DNA from: an uncultured Gemmatimonadales bacterium
GTDB lineage: Bacteria > Gemmatimonadota > Gemmatimonadetes > Longimicrobiales > RSA9
Length of the DNA: 64,000 nucleotides
Reading direction: 5' to 3'
Assembly: GCA_963708135.1 (NCBI GenBank)
Contig: OY970192.1
Location: 576,001-640,000 of the forward strand
Shown: one piece after another, positions 9,940 through 19,751 of the stretch
Numbering within the stretch: position 1 is the stretch's first letter
Layout: each line of letters opens with the position of its first letter
The notes under the pieces: model-generated
What the model was told of the DNA's origin: nothing
The model's database searches: none
Seen by the model: the letters and a program-made list of their open reading frames with translations, nothing else
Made by a program: the position numbers and the translations under genes

Positions 9940-11445
9940 ATGGGCCACTTCACCACCCTCGACGTCGTCGTCATCGCCGTCTACATCGCCGGGGTCACCG
10001 CCTTCGGCACGCTGCTCGGCCGTCGCCAGAAGAACGCCCGCGACTACTTCCTGGCCGACCGCAGCATCCCCTGGTGGGCCGTCTGCTTCTCCGTCATCGC
10101 CACCGAGACCAGCGCGCTCACCTTCATCAGCGTGCCCGCCACGGCCTACACCAGCGACTTCTGGATCCTCCAGCTCACCTTCGGCTACCTGATCGGCCGC
10201 ATCGCCGTGGCGATCGTGCTCCTGCCCGGCTACTTCCGCGGCGAGCTGGCCACCGCGTACGCGCTGCTCGAGGAGCGCTTCGGGCTGGACACGCGGCGCT
10301 TTGCCTCCCTCATCTTCATGGTGACGCGCGCGCTGGCCGACGCCGTCCGCGTCTTCGCCACCGCCATCCCGATCAAGCTGATCACCGGCCTGCCGTACTG
10401 GGAGGCCATTCTCCTCACCGGCCTCTTCACCCTGATCTACACCTACTACGGCGGGCTCAGGGCCGTGGTCTGGATCGACGTGGTCCAGCTCTTCATCTAC
10501 ATCTTCGGCGGCGTGGCCGCCCTCGTCGTGCTGCTGCACGTCGTGCCGGGCGGCTGGCACACCATCCTCGCCGCAGGCCGCGCGGCCGGGAAGTTCAAGC
10601 TCTTCCACATGAGCGGCGGCTTCGGCAGCGGGCAGTGGTTCTGGACCGGCATCGTGGGCGGCGCCTTCCTCTCCATGGCCTCCCACGGCGTGGACCAGCT
10701 CATCGTGCAGCGGCTGCTCGCCTCGCCCTCGCTCCGCGACGCCCGCAAGGCCGTCGTCACCAGCGGCATCGTCGTCATCGGCCAGTTCGCTCTCTTCCTC
10801 GTCGTCGGCGTCGGCCTCTTCGCCTTCTACCACGCCCGGACCTTCACCACCCCCGACGAGATCTTCCCCCGCTTCATCGTGGACTACCTGCCGCCCGGCA
10901 TCTCCGGCCTCGTCGTGGCCGGCATCCTGGCCGCCGCCATGTCCACGGTGGCCTCATCGCTGAACTCGCTCTCCTCCGCCACGACCCTCGACATCTACGC
11001 GCCCCTCGCCGGCCGCGTCGGCGACGATGAGCACCTCATGCGCGCCGGCCGCGCCTTCACCGTCCTCTGGGCCGCCATCCTCATCGGCGGCGCGATCCTC
11101 TTCCAGTTCGCCGCGCAGGGCACGCCCGTCGTCGTCATTGCCCTGGACATCGCCTCCTTCACCTACGGCGGGCTGCTGGGCGGATTCCTGCTCGGCGTGC
11201 TGGTCCCCCGCGCCCGCCAGCGCGACGCGATCCTCGGCATGGCCATCGCCATCGTCCTCATGACGACGCTCTGGATCCTCCAGCGCGTGCACGTCCTCCC
11301 GAACCTCCTCAATACCCTCTGGTTCGCCCTGTTCGGATCCGCCATCACCGTGGCCGTCGGGTGGCTGAGCAGCCGCTTCGGGCCGCCGCGCGCCGCGCCC
11401 GCCACCGCCGCGCCGGGGGACGCCGCCTCGCCCGCCGCGCCATGA
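9940..11445 (+). CDS. sodium:solute symporter (sugar/amino-sugar type)
   Basis: DYFLADRSIPWWAVCFSVIATETSALTFISVP, YGGLRAVVWIDVVQ, HGVDQLIVQRLL, AAAMSTVASSLNSL. Confidence 0.9.
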   Translation: MGHFTTLDVVVIAVYIAGVTAFGTLLGRRQKNARDYFLADRSIPWWAVCFSVIATETSALTFISVPATAYTSDFWILQLTFGYLIGRIAVAIVLLPGYFRGELATAYALLEERFGLDTRRFASLIFMVTRALADAVRVFATAIPIKLITGLPYWEAILLTGLFTLIYTYYGGLRAVVWIDVVQLFIYIFGGVAALVVLLHVVPGGWHTILAAGRAAGKFKLFHMSGGFGSGQWFWTGIVGGAFLSMASHGVDQLIVQRLLASPSLRDARKAVVTSGIVVIGQFALFLVVGVGLFAFYHARTFTTPDEIFPRFIVDYLPPGISGLVVAGILAAAMSTVASSLNSLSSATTLDIYAPLAGRVGDDEHLMRAGRAFTVLWAAILIGGAILFQFAAQGTPVVVIALDIASFTYGGLLGGFLLGVLVPRARQRDAILGMAIAIVLMTTLWILQRVHVLPNLLNTLWFALFGSAITVAVGWLSSRFGPPRAAPATAAPGDAASPAAP

Positions 11446-12362
11446 GCCTCTTCGTCGGCATCGACGGCGGCGGCACCCGCGCCACCGCGCTCGCCGTTGA
11501 CGGGGAGGGGAAGCAGCTCGCCCGCGTCGAGGGCGTGGCCGGCCTCGTCCTGCCCGACCGGCCCGAGGCCGGCGTGGACGGCCTGGCCGATCTCGCCGCC
11601 CGGGCCGTTCGTGCCGCCGCAGGCGACGCTCCCGCCGACGCACTCTGCTGCGCCCTGGCCGGCGCCGGCCGCGAGGCCGCCCGCGCCGCCGTCGAGCGCG
11701 GCCTCGCGGCCAGGCACGTCGCGCTGCGCGTGCACGTGACCACGGATGCCCACGCGGCCCTCGTGGACGCCTTCGGCAAGGGACCCGGCATTCTGCTCGT
11801 CGCCGGCACGGGCTCGATCGCGTGGGGCCGGAGCGCGCACGGGCGCACCGCCCGCACCGGCGGCTGGGGCGTGCTGCTCGGGGACGAGGGGAGCGGCTAC
11901 GCCCTGGCCCTCGCGGGACTCCGTGCCTGGCTCCGCGCCGCGGACGGCCGCGGCACCGCCACCGCACTCGCCGCCCTCCTGCCGGATGCCCTCGGCTTGG
12001 CCGGCGACGCGGACGCCGCCGCCGCGGCCGTCGTTCCCTGGGCCGCGCACGCGGACAAGGCCGCCATCGCCGCGCTCGCGCCGGTCGTGCTGGAGGCCGC
12101 CGCCGCCGGGGACGAGGTGGCGGGGCGGCTCGCGGACGAGGCGGCCGCGGCCCTCGCGCGGCACGTCGCCGCGCTCCACCGCCGGCTCGGTCCCTGGGCG
12201 GCGCCCGTCCCGGTGGCGCTGTCCGGCGGCGTGATCGCGTCCGGCCGCACGCTCCGCCCCCGCGTCGAGACGGCTCTCGGCCGGCTCGCGATCGAGCTGG
12301 AGATCCTGCCTCGCCGCGTCGATGGCGCCCGCGGCGCCGCCACGCTCGCCCGCGCCCTCTGA
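11442..12362 (+). CDS. BadF/BadG-family N-acetylglucosamine/N-acetylmuramic acid kinase (MurK-like)
   Basis: GIDGGGTRA, VAGTGSIAWG, GGWGVLLGDEGSGY; ATGA overlap with the upstream symporter. Confidence 0.85.
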   Translation: MSLFVGIDGGGTRATALAVDGEGKQLARVEGVAGLVLPDRPEAGVDGLADLAARAVRAAAGDAPADALCCALAGAGREAARAAVERGLAARHVALRVHVTTDAHAALVDAFGKGPGILLVAGTGSIAWGRSAHGRTARTGGWGVLLGDEGSGYALALAGLRAWLRAADGRGTATALAALLPDALGLAGDADAAAAAVVPWAAHADKAAIAALAPVVLEAAAAGDEVAGRLADEAAAALARHVAALHRRLGPWAAPVPVALSGGVIASGRTLRPRVETALGRLAIELEILPRRVDGARGAATLARAL

Positions 12363-12495
12363 GGCACGGCGGCCGCGGCTCCCCAGCGCACGAAGCTTCG
12401 GCAAGAGGCCGCCCGCGGGCCGCGCACCCCCACACGCACCGGCACACGGTCCATTTCTCACCCACCCGAGACTGCGAGTAATCCGATCCCGCCGC

Positions 12496-12525
12496 TTGCC
12501 AAGCCGCCGGCCTCTGCTCTAGGTT
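12496..12525 (+). promoter_or_regulatory. putative sigma70-type promoter for tyrS
   Basis: TTGCCA-N18-TAGGTT about 195 bp upstream of the tyrS ATG. Confidence 0.4.
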
Positions 12526-12719
12526 CGCCCCCTTCAATCACCTGGGCCGCCGGCAGAGTGCCGGCGCGCGTCCGCTCGGCGACGGTTGCGAGCCCGCCCG
12601 GATTTTCGAGCCCGGCAGCTCCCCCGCGCGCGGCAAGCCGGAGCGAGTCGGCGGGAGGTCCCGCCGGTGGGCCTTTCGTGAACGGATGCGTGTCCGCATG
12701 CGCATGCGAGGATGAGCCA

Positions 12720-13964
12720 ATGCCGTTTCCGCCGATCAACGAGCAGATGGACCGCATCCGCAGCGACGCTGTGGAGATCATCCCCGAGGAGGAGCTGGAG
12801 CGGAAGCTCCGGGCGAGCCGGGACTCCGGCCGGCCGCTCATCGTCAAGCAGGGCTTCGACCCGACCCGCCCCGACCTCCACATCGGCCACGCCGTCTCCA
12901 TGCGGAAGCTGCGCACCTTCCAGGAGCTCGGACACCAGGTCGTCTTCGTCGTCGGCGACTACACCGCGCGCGTCGGCGATCCCAGCGGCCGGAGTGAGAC
13001 CCGCCCCCGTCTCTCCCCCGAGCAGATCGAGGAGAACGCCCGCACCTATCAGGACCAGGTGGGAACCATTCTCGACCTCGACCGCGTTCGCGTGCAGCCG
13101 AACTCGAAATGGCTCGCGCCGCTCGACCTCGCCGCCCTCCTCGAGCTGACCTCGACCTACACGGTCGCACGCATGCTCGAGCGCGACGACTTCGACAACC
13201 GTATGCGCGAGCAGCGCCCCATCTCGATCATGGAGTTCATGTATCCGCTCATGCAGGCGTACGACTCCGTGGCGCTCCACGCCGACGTGGAGCTCGGCGG
13301 CACCGACCAGAAGTTCAACCTGCTCGTGGCCCGTACCGTCCAGGAGCGCTACGGCCAGGAGCCGCAGGTCTGCCTCGTCATGCCGCTCCTGCGCGGCACC
13401 GACGGACAGCTCAAAATGTCCAAGTCCTACGACAACTACATCGGCATCACCGAGCCGCCCGAGGAGCAGTTCGGCAAGACCATGTCCATCCCGGATGACC
13501 TGCTCCAGGAATGGATCCGTCTCGCCTCCGGCCTCGAGGGCGACGACGCACAGACCCTCGCCCGCATGGCCGACAATGACCCGTACCACGCCAAGCTGCG
13601 CCTCGCGCACCTCATCGCCGCCACCTACCATGGCGAGGCCGGCGCCGAGGCGGCCGAGGCCCACTTCGACCGCCTCTTCCGCCAGAAGGACCTCCCCGAG
13701 GACATCCCCGAGCTCACCCTCTCGCTCGGCGACGCCGCCCTGCGCTACCATCCCGATCGTGGCGTGTGGCTCCCCGGCGTCCTCGTCGCCGCCGGGCTCG
13801 CCGCCTCCAACAGCGAGGCCGCCCGCCTCATCGAGCAGGGTGCCGTGGCCGTCGACGAGCGCCGCGTCCAGGACCGCGGCGCCCATATCCCGGTGCAACC
13901 CGGTGGCTCCGTCGTGCTGCGTCGTGGCAAGCGTCACTTTTCGAGGGTCACGTTCGTTGTATAG
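12720..13964 (+). CDS. tyrS: tyrosine--tRNA ligase
   Basis: GFDPTRPDLHIGH (HIGH), YPLMQAYD, GGTDQKFN, KMSKS and a C-terminal S4 domain (RRGKR). Confidence 0.97.
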   Translation: MPFPPINEQMDRIRSDAVEIIPEEELERKLRASRDSGRPLIVKQGFDPTRPDLHIGHAVSMRKLRTFQELGHQVVFVVGDYTARVGDPSGRSETRPRLSPEQIEENARTYQDQVGTILDLDRVRVQPNSKWLAPLDLAALLELTSTYTVARMLERDDFDNRMREQRPISIMEFMYPLMQAYDSVALHADVELGGTDQKFNLLVARTVQERYGQEPQVCLVMPLLRGTDGQLKMSKSYDNYIGITEPPEEQFGKTMSIPDDLLQEWIRLASGLEGDDAQTLARMADNDPYHAKLRLAHLIAATYHGEAGAEAAEAHFDRLFRQKDLPEDIPELTLSLGDAALRYHPDRGVWLPGVLVAAGLAASNSEAARLIEQGAVAVDERRVQDRGAHIPVQPGGSVVLRRGKRHFSRVTFVV

Positions 13965-14269
13965 CCGTAAGCTCTGACACCTCGGATGTAGCAGTTGGAG
14001 GCGCCATCTGGTCTGTGAGCCGCCTCGAACCTTCGATAGATCATTGCAGCGTGGGCAGATAGACGGATCCTTCCGCTGCCGTTTGCTCGAGCGAACGTTC
14101 GTTCAGCGATCCGGCAGTGACGGTCATGGATCAACTCCGGACCGCGGCCCGAGCCGCCGCCCGGAAGCGTTGCACTGGAGATCACGCGAACCCTGGACAG
14201 GAGGAAAGCGTCGAACCTGCTACGGAACGACTCGCGATCGAACTGCAACCTTTTTCGAGGGAAGCGCAG

Positions 14270-17200
14270 ATGAATGCTGCAAGACTACGCCGGGTGTTCG
14301 GCGCCCTGGCCGTGACGGCGGGATCGCTGGCGGTCCTGGGTGGCAACGTGCAGGCGCAGGAGCGCGGCACGATCACCGGGACCGTGGTGGACAAGGCGAC
14401 GGAGCAGCCCCTGACGGGGGCGCAGATCGTCCTGGAGGGGACGAATCAGGGGACGCTGACGGACGCGAAGGGTGCCTATCGGCTCGGCGGGATCCGGGCA
14501 GGGGCGGCCACGGTGAGGGCGGTGATGCTGGGCTACGAGAGCGTGTCCCGGACCGTGGCGGTGCCGGCGGGCGGCACGGCCACGGCGGACTTCCAGCTCA
14601 CGCAGTCGGCGATCTCGCTGAACGAGGTGGTGGTCACGGCCACGGGCGAGCAGCAGAAGCGGCAGCTCGCGAACGCGGTGTCCCACATCAATGCGGCGGC
14701 GGTGACCGAAGCTGCGCCGATCTCGAGCTTCTCGCAGCTACTGAACGGACGCGCGTCGGGTGTGAACGTGCTGCAGAGCTCGGGCACGGTCGGCACCGGC
14801 TCGCGCATCCGCGTGCGCGGTGCGAACAGCGTCTCGCTGAACAACCAGCCGATCATCTACATCAATGGTGCGCGCGTCTACAGTTCCGATGACGCCCTCT
14901 CGGTCGGCACGGGCGGCCAGACGGTCTCCCGGCTGAACGACATCAACCCCGAGGACATCGAGTCGATCGAGGTGATCAAGGGCCCGTCGGCGGCCACGCT
15001 GTACGGCACGGACGCGGCGAACGGCGTGATCCGGATCACGACCAAGCGGGGCCGCTCCGGCGCGCCGCGCTGGAACGCGTTCGTGGAGCAGGGTGTGCTG
15101 ACGGACCCGAACAACTACCCGCTTAACTACCGCGGCAAGGTGGCCAACGACCCGGGCGCGGCGAGCTGCTACGCATTTCAGGTGAGCGCGGGCAGCTGCA
15201 CGCAGGCGGCGATCCTGTCGTACCAGCCGCTGAACGACCCCGTGGTCAGCCCGATCGCCAACGGGCGCAGCCAACTCTTCGGGCTGAGCGTCAATGGCGG
15301 CGGCGATGCGGTGAACTACTTCCTGTCCACGGACTGGACGAAGCAGGTCGGCACGATGGAGCTGCCGGACTCGGCGCAGAAGGCGTTCAGCGGGCCGATC
15401 CCGGACTGGACGCTCCACCCCAACGATGACCGCAAGGTCAACCTGCGCGCGAACATCGGCGCCCGCGTGGCCGACGGCCTGAACGTCAACGTCTCGAGCG
15501 GCTTCGTGACCAGCCGGCTGCACCTGCCCCAGAACGACAACAATGCGCTGGGCATCGTGCCGAGTGGGCTGCTGGGCAGCTACTCGCCGCTCCTGGGCCA
15601 GCACGGCTACGGCTTTCTGACGCCCACCGAGGTCTTCTCCATCGAAACGATGCAGGAGATCAACCGCTACACGGCCAGCACGCAGGCCACCTACCTGCCG
15701 CCGTTCGCGACCTGGCTATCCGCCCGCGCCACGTTGGGCATGGACGTCACGGACCGACACGACTCGAGCTTCTCGCCAGTGGGCGCGGTGACCGAGTTCG
15801 GGCCCGTGCGCGCCTCTGGGCTGCGCACCTCGAACCGCATCCTCGTCCAGGCCTGGACGGGCGATGCCAGCGCCACGGCCTCCTTCGGGCTCACGAACGA
15901 CCTCACCTCGCGCACCACCGTCGGCACGCAGTACTTCAAGAACCTCTTCCGCGGCACCTTCGCCAACGGCGACGGGCTCACGCCCGGGACCAAGTCCCTG
16001 GGCGCGTCCTCCGAGCAGTTCGCCAGCGAGAACACGACCGAGAGCATCACCTTCGGCGTCTACGGCGAGCAGCAGTTCGGCTGGAAGGACCGCCTGTTCG
16101 TGACCGCCGGGCTGCGCGGCGACGACAACAGCGCGTTCGGCAAGAACTTCAAGGCCACCTACTACCCGAAGCTCGGCGCCTCGTATGTGGTGCTCGATGG
16201 CTCCGGTCCGGCCTATTTCGGCGTTCTCAACTCGCTCCGGCTGCGCACCGCCTGGGGCGCCTCCGGCGTGGCGCCCGGCACGCTCGACGCGCTGCGCTAC
16301 TACGATGCCTCGGTGGCCAGGATCCAGGGCTCCGAGCAGCCGGGCGTGACGATCGGCGCGGTCGGCAACGCCGACCTCAAGCCGGAGCGCTCGCAGGAGC
16401 TCGAGGCGGGGTTCGATGCCGGCCTGCTCGCCGGCCGCCTGGGACTCGAGTTCACCTACTACCACAAGAAGACGAGCGACGCGCTCATCTCGCGCACGCT
16501 CGCGCCGTCCCTCGGCGCGGCCTCGTCCCGCTTCGAGAACATCGGCTCCGTGCTGAACGAGGGCATCGAGGCAACGCTGAACGCCACGATCCTGAACTCC
16601 AATACGGCCAAGCTCGATCTGGGCATCTCCGGCGCCCACAACAGGAACAAGCTGCTCCAGCTGGGCGAGGGGATCGAGCCGATCATCTTCGGGATTCAGG
16701 AGCACAAGCCCGGCTACCCGCTTGGCGGCTACTGGTCTAAGCCGGTCTCCTTCAACGATCAGAACGGCGACGGCATTATCACCAAGGACGAGGTCACGAT
16801 CGGCGACACCGCCGTCTTCCTCGGCAACGTCCTGCCCGCCAACGAGATCTCGGTCACGCCCTCCCTGACGCTCTTCAACCGCGTGCGGGTGACGAGCCTC
16901 TTCGACTACCGTGGGGATTTCCGCCAGGACAATTTCACGGAGGAGTTCCGCTGTCGGTTCTCGACGTGCCGGGGCCTGAACGATCCCAACGCTCCACTGG
17001 CGGAGCAGGCGCGCGCGGTGAACACCGGCCTGTTCGGCGGCGGCCGCTCCAGCGAGCCCTACGTAGAGGACGCCTCCTTCTGGAAGCTCCGCGAGCTGTC
17101 CGTCACGCTGATGGCGCCCGACTCCTGGGCCCACAAGCTCGGCGGCAGCCGGCTCAACCTGGTGCTCACCGGCCGCAATCTCGGGACGTGGACCAATTAC

Positions 17201-17314
17201 GACGGCCTCGACCCCGAGATCAACGAGAACGGCGGCGCCAACTTCTCACAGGACGAGTTCCTGACGCAGCCGCCGATCCGGACCTGGCTCGCGCGCGTGA
17301 ACTTCAGCTTCTGA
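14270..17314 (+). CDS. SusC/RagA-family TonB-dependent outer-membrane receptor
   Basis: N-terminal carboxypeptidase-regulatory-like domain, LNEVVVTATG, plug motif DINPEDIESIEVIKGPSAATLYGTDAANGVIRITTKRG, LKPERSQELEAG, C-terminal Phe. Confidence 0.93.
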   Translation: MNAARLRRVFGALAVTAGSLAVLGGNVQAQERGTITGTVVDKATEQPLTGAQIVLEGTNQGTLTDAKGAYRLGGIRAGAATVRAVMLGYESVSRTVAVPAGGTATADFQLTQSAISLNEVVVTATGEQQKRQLANAVSHINAAAVTEAAPISSFSQLLNGRASGVNVLQSSGTVGTGSRIRVRGANSVSLNNQPIIYINGARVYSSDDALSVGTGGQTVSRLNDINPEDIESIEVIKGPSAATLYGTDAANGVIRITTKRGRSGAPRWNAFVEQGVLTDPNNYPLNYRGKVANDPGAASCYAFQVSAGSCTQAAILSYQPLNDPVVSPIANGRSQLFGLSVNGGGDAVNYFLSTDWTKQVGTMELPDSAQKAFSGPIPDWTLHPNDDRKVNLRANIGARVADGLNVNVSSGFVTSRLHLPQNDNNALGIVPSGLLGSYSPLLGQHGYGFLTPTEVFSIETMQEINRYTASTQATYLPPFATWLSARATLGMDVTDRHDSSFSPVGAVTEFGPVRASGLRTSNRILVQAWTGDASATASFGLTNDLTSRTTVGTQYFKNLFRGTFANGDGLTPGTKSLGASSEQFASENTTESITFGVYGEQQFGWKDRLFVTAGLRGDDNSAFGKNFKATYYPKLGASYVVLDGSGPAYFGVLNSLRLRTAWGASGVAPGTLDALRYYDASVARIQGSEQPGVTIGAVGNADLKPERSQELEAGFDAGLLAGRLGLEFTYYHKKTSDALISRTLAPSLGAASSRFENIGSVLNEGIEATLNATILNSNTAKLDLGISGAHNRNKLLQLGEGIEPIIFGIQEHKPGYPLGGYWSKPVSFNDQNGDGIITKDEVTIGDTAVFLGNVLPANEISVTPSLTLFNRVRVTSLFDYRGDFRQDNFTEEFRCRFSTCRGLNDPNAPLAEQARAVNTGLFGGGRSSEPYVEDASFWKLRELSVTLMAPDSWAHKLGGSRLNLVLTGRNLGTWTNYDGLDPEINENGGANFSQDEFLTQPPIRTWLARVNFSF

Positions 17315-17327
17315 GGACGGAACCGAG

Positions 17328-18722
17328 ATGAACAACAGAACCCAAGACCGGGCCGCCTGCGGGGCGTTGGTGCGCTTCGCCCTGCTGGGCGGCATCCTGG
17401 TCCTCCCCCTGGCGGGCTGCGGCTCGGACCTGCTCAAGGTGACGGACCCGGACATCGTGACGCCCTCGAGTCTCTCCGGAGACATCGGCCTCAAGACCCT
17501 CTACGCCGGCGCCGTCGGAGACTTCGAGCTCGCCTATCAGGGCGGCACGGGCAACGGCAGCTTCCCGGACAACGTGGTCACAGCAGCCTCACTCATGTCG
17601 GATGAGACGATCCTCTCCGGCACCTTCCCGACGCGCACGGAGTTCGACCAGCGCAGCATCGACGTGAAGAACGGCACGCTGAGCGGCATGTTCTTCCGCC
17701 TCCAGCGTGCCCGCGCCTCCACGGAGAACGCGGCGGCCGCGATCGCGGATGCGGCGGGCGCGGCCGGCGATTCCCGGGTCGGCCGTCTCAGGGGGCTGGA
17801 GGGATTCGCCTACTTGGGATTCGCCGAGAACTACTGCGACGGCGTCCCCTTCAGTACGGCGGATGCGAGCGGCAATCTGACTTACGGCGAACAGCAGTCC
17901 AACGCGGACATCCTGACCGCGGCGGTCACGCTATTCGACAATGCCGCCGCCGCCGCCGCCGGCGACGCCGACGTGAACAACCTGGCTCTGGTCGGCAAGG
18001 CGCGTGCGCTCCTCGACCTCGGGCAGTACGCCAATGCCGCGGCCGCCGCCTCCCAGGTGCCGACCGACTTCGTCTACAACCTGGAGCCATCCATCAACTC
18101 GTCCACGCTCGGCTTCTCTCTCGAGAACGGCTTCTACAGCGCGAACACCGCGCAGCGCCGCCTCTCTGTCGCCGACGCGCAGGGGGGCAACGGCCTGGAT
18201 TTCCGTACGGCCGGCGACCCGCGCGTGCCCGTTGAGGAGAATCCGCAGGGCGGCTTCGACTCGACCAGCAAGCAATACAACCTGATCACCTTCGCGCAGA
18301 ACGGCGAGACGCTCGGCCGCGAGGCCAAGTTCCCTCTGGCCAGCGGCATCGAGGCCCGGCTGATCGAGGCCGAGGCCCGCCTGCAGGCGTCCGACGCGGC
18401 CGGGATGCTCAGCATCCTGAACGACCTCCGCGCCACCATGGCGGGTCTCGATCCCCTTACGGATCCAGGCACGCAGGCCGCCCGCGTCGATATGCTCTTC
18501 CGCGAGCGCGCCTTCTGGCTCTACGGCACCGGGCATCGTCTGAGCGACCTGCGCCGGCTCGTCCGGCAGTACAACCGCGACGCCGAGTCGGTCTTCCCAA
18601 GCGGAACGTACGAAAAGGGCGGATCCTACGGCTCGGATGTGAACTATCCGATCCCGTTCAACGAGCTCAACAACCCCAACCTTCCCACGAACGGCGAAAC
18701 GTGCACGGACCGGAGCGCCTGA
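17328..18722 (+). CDS. SusD/RagB-family lipoprotein
   Basis: Lipobox LAGC, EARLIEAEA, FRERAFWLYGTGHRLSDLRR, YPIPFNELNNPN; directly downstream of susC. Confidence 0.9.
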   Translation: MNNRTQDRAACGALVRFALLGGILVLPLAGCGSDLLKVTDPDIVTPSSLSGDIGLKTLYAGAVGDFELAYQGGTGNGSFPDNVVTAASLMSDETILSGTFPTRTEFDQRSIDVKNGTLSGMFFRLQRARASTENAAAAIADAAGAAGDSRVGRLRGLEGFAYLGFAENYCDGVPFSTADASGNLTYGEQQSNADILTAAVTLFDNAAAAAAGDADVNNLALVGKARALLDLGQYANAAAAASQVPTDFVYNLEPSINSSTLGFSLENGFYSANTAQRRLSVADAQGGNGLDFRTAGDPRVPVEENPQGGFDSTSKQYNLITFAQNGETLGREAKFPLASGIEARLIEAEARLQASDAAGMLSILNDLRATMAGLDPLTDPGTQAARVDMLFRERAFWLYGTGHRLSDLRRLVRQYNRDAESVFPSGTYEKGGSYGSDVNYPIPFNELNNPNLPTNGETCTDRSA

Positions 18723-18751
18723 CGGCGTAGACTCCACCTGCACCGGATCAT

Positions 18752-18786
18752 GGAGAGGGGCCGCTTCGGCGGTCCCTCTCCTTCTT
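18752..18786. terminator. intrinsic terminator hairpin between convergent genes
   Basis: GGAGAGGGGCCGC-TTCG-GCGGTCCCTCTCC stem with a C(UUCG)G tetraloop, followed by TTCTT. Confidence 0.75.
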
Positions 18787-18800
18787 CCGGACGAGGATCC

Positions 18801-19205
18801 TCAGCCGCCTCGCTTCGTCTCGATGACGAGCACGCCGTCGCCGGAGTTCTGGCCGTAGTACGTGGTTCCGTTGATGCCGCTCATGTAGTGAATGCGCAGA
18901 ACATCCCGGGCGGGAATGTCGACCAGCGAGTGGTAGTCGGCCAGCCGGGCCCCGTCGACGATCACCGCCGGCGCGTCGGTCAGGTAGACGCTGGAGGGAC
19001 CTCGGTGGTTCATGCCGTTGCCGTCGAAGCCGAGATGCGGCATCGTCAGGCGGAGCGCTTCCCACGCGGTGCGCGCCCCGGTCTTCTCGATCTGGGCGGC
19101 GGTCACGACGCGTCCCGCGCTGGCGTCCGGCGGCGGCTGGTGCAGCGGGAAGCAACCGACGGCGAGCGAGGCGGCGAGGATGGCGAGCGGAGCGGTGGGA
19201 CGCAT
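18801..19205 (-). CDS. stand-alone TonB-receptor plug-domain lipoprotein
   Basis: Signal with AVGC; VVTAAQIEKTGARTAWEAL, PAVIVDG, and YYGQNSGDGVLVIETKRG, which resembles a plug C-terminus; no barrel. Confidence 0.7.
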   Translation of the reverse strand: MRPTAPLAILAASLAVGCFPLHQPPPDASAGRVVTAAQIEKTGARTAWEALRLTMPHLGFDGNGMNHRGPSSVYLTDAPAVIVDGARLADYHSLVDIPARDVLRIHYMSGINGTTYYGQNSGDGVLVIETKRGG

Positions 19206-19347
19206 GGGGCACCTCCTGGGGAAGGGGCCGCGGAGAGGGAGACCGACCGTCGTAGGGTATGAGAAAATATCGCGCGAAAGGGGCGGCGGTGCAACAGGAT
19301 CGGCGCCGACGCGGGCGGCCGTGGGACGGAGCGTCGCCTGCTGCATC

Positions 19348-19376
19348 TTGTTGCGGCGTCTGGGCGGGCTTACAAT
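19348..19376 (+). promoter_or_regulatory. putative sigma70 promoter for the cupin-folK unit
   Basis: TTGTTG-N17-TACAAT followed by an AGGAGG RBS. Confidence 0.5.
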
Positions 19377-19403
19377 CCCGCCCCCGACAGGAGGAGCCGA
19401 GGG

Positions 19404-19751
19404 ATGGACGTGACGAGGGTCGAGAAGCCATGGGGCCACGAGCTCATCTGGGCCCGAACCGATCGCTACGTGGGCAAGATCCTGCACGTGAAGGCGGGCC
19501 ACGCGCTCTCGCTCCAGTACCACGAGCGGAAGGATGAGACGATCCACCTGCTGCGGGGGGAGATGCGGTTCTGGGTGGGCCCCTCGGCGGAGGCGCTCCG
19601 CGAGGTGGCGCTGCGGGCGGGACAGAGCTACCACGTCGTGGCGGGCACGGTGCACCGCATGGAGGCGGTGACGGACGTGGACATCCTGGAGGCCTCGACG
19701 CCCGAGCTCGACGACGTGGTCCGGCTGGAGGACCGCTACGGGCGCGCGTAG
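19404..19751 (+). CDS. cupin domain protein (type II mannose-6-phosphate isomerase C-terminal-like)
   Basis: VEKPWG, LSLQYHERKDET, GTVHRM, EASTPELDDVVRLEDRYGR. Confidence 0.85.
   Translation: MDVTRVEKPWGHELIWARTDRYVGKILHVKAGHALSLQYHERKDETIHLLRGEMRFWVGPSAEALREVALRAGQSYHVVAGTVHRMEAVTDVDILEASTPELDDVVRLEDRYGRA

Noticed and set aside
2890..10833. Long minus-strand ORFs (1060 aa, 1025 aa) and similar antisense ORFs elsewhere
   Set aside because: Antisense shadows of well-supported plus-strand genes, caused by stop-codon scarcity.
12530..12719. T-box riboswitch before tyrS
   Set aside because: No GGTGGNACC T-box sequence and no clear specifier stem; retained only as a generic structured-leader candidate.
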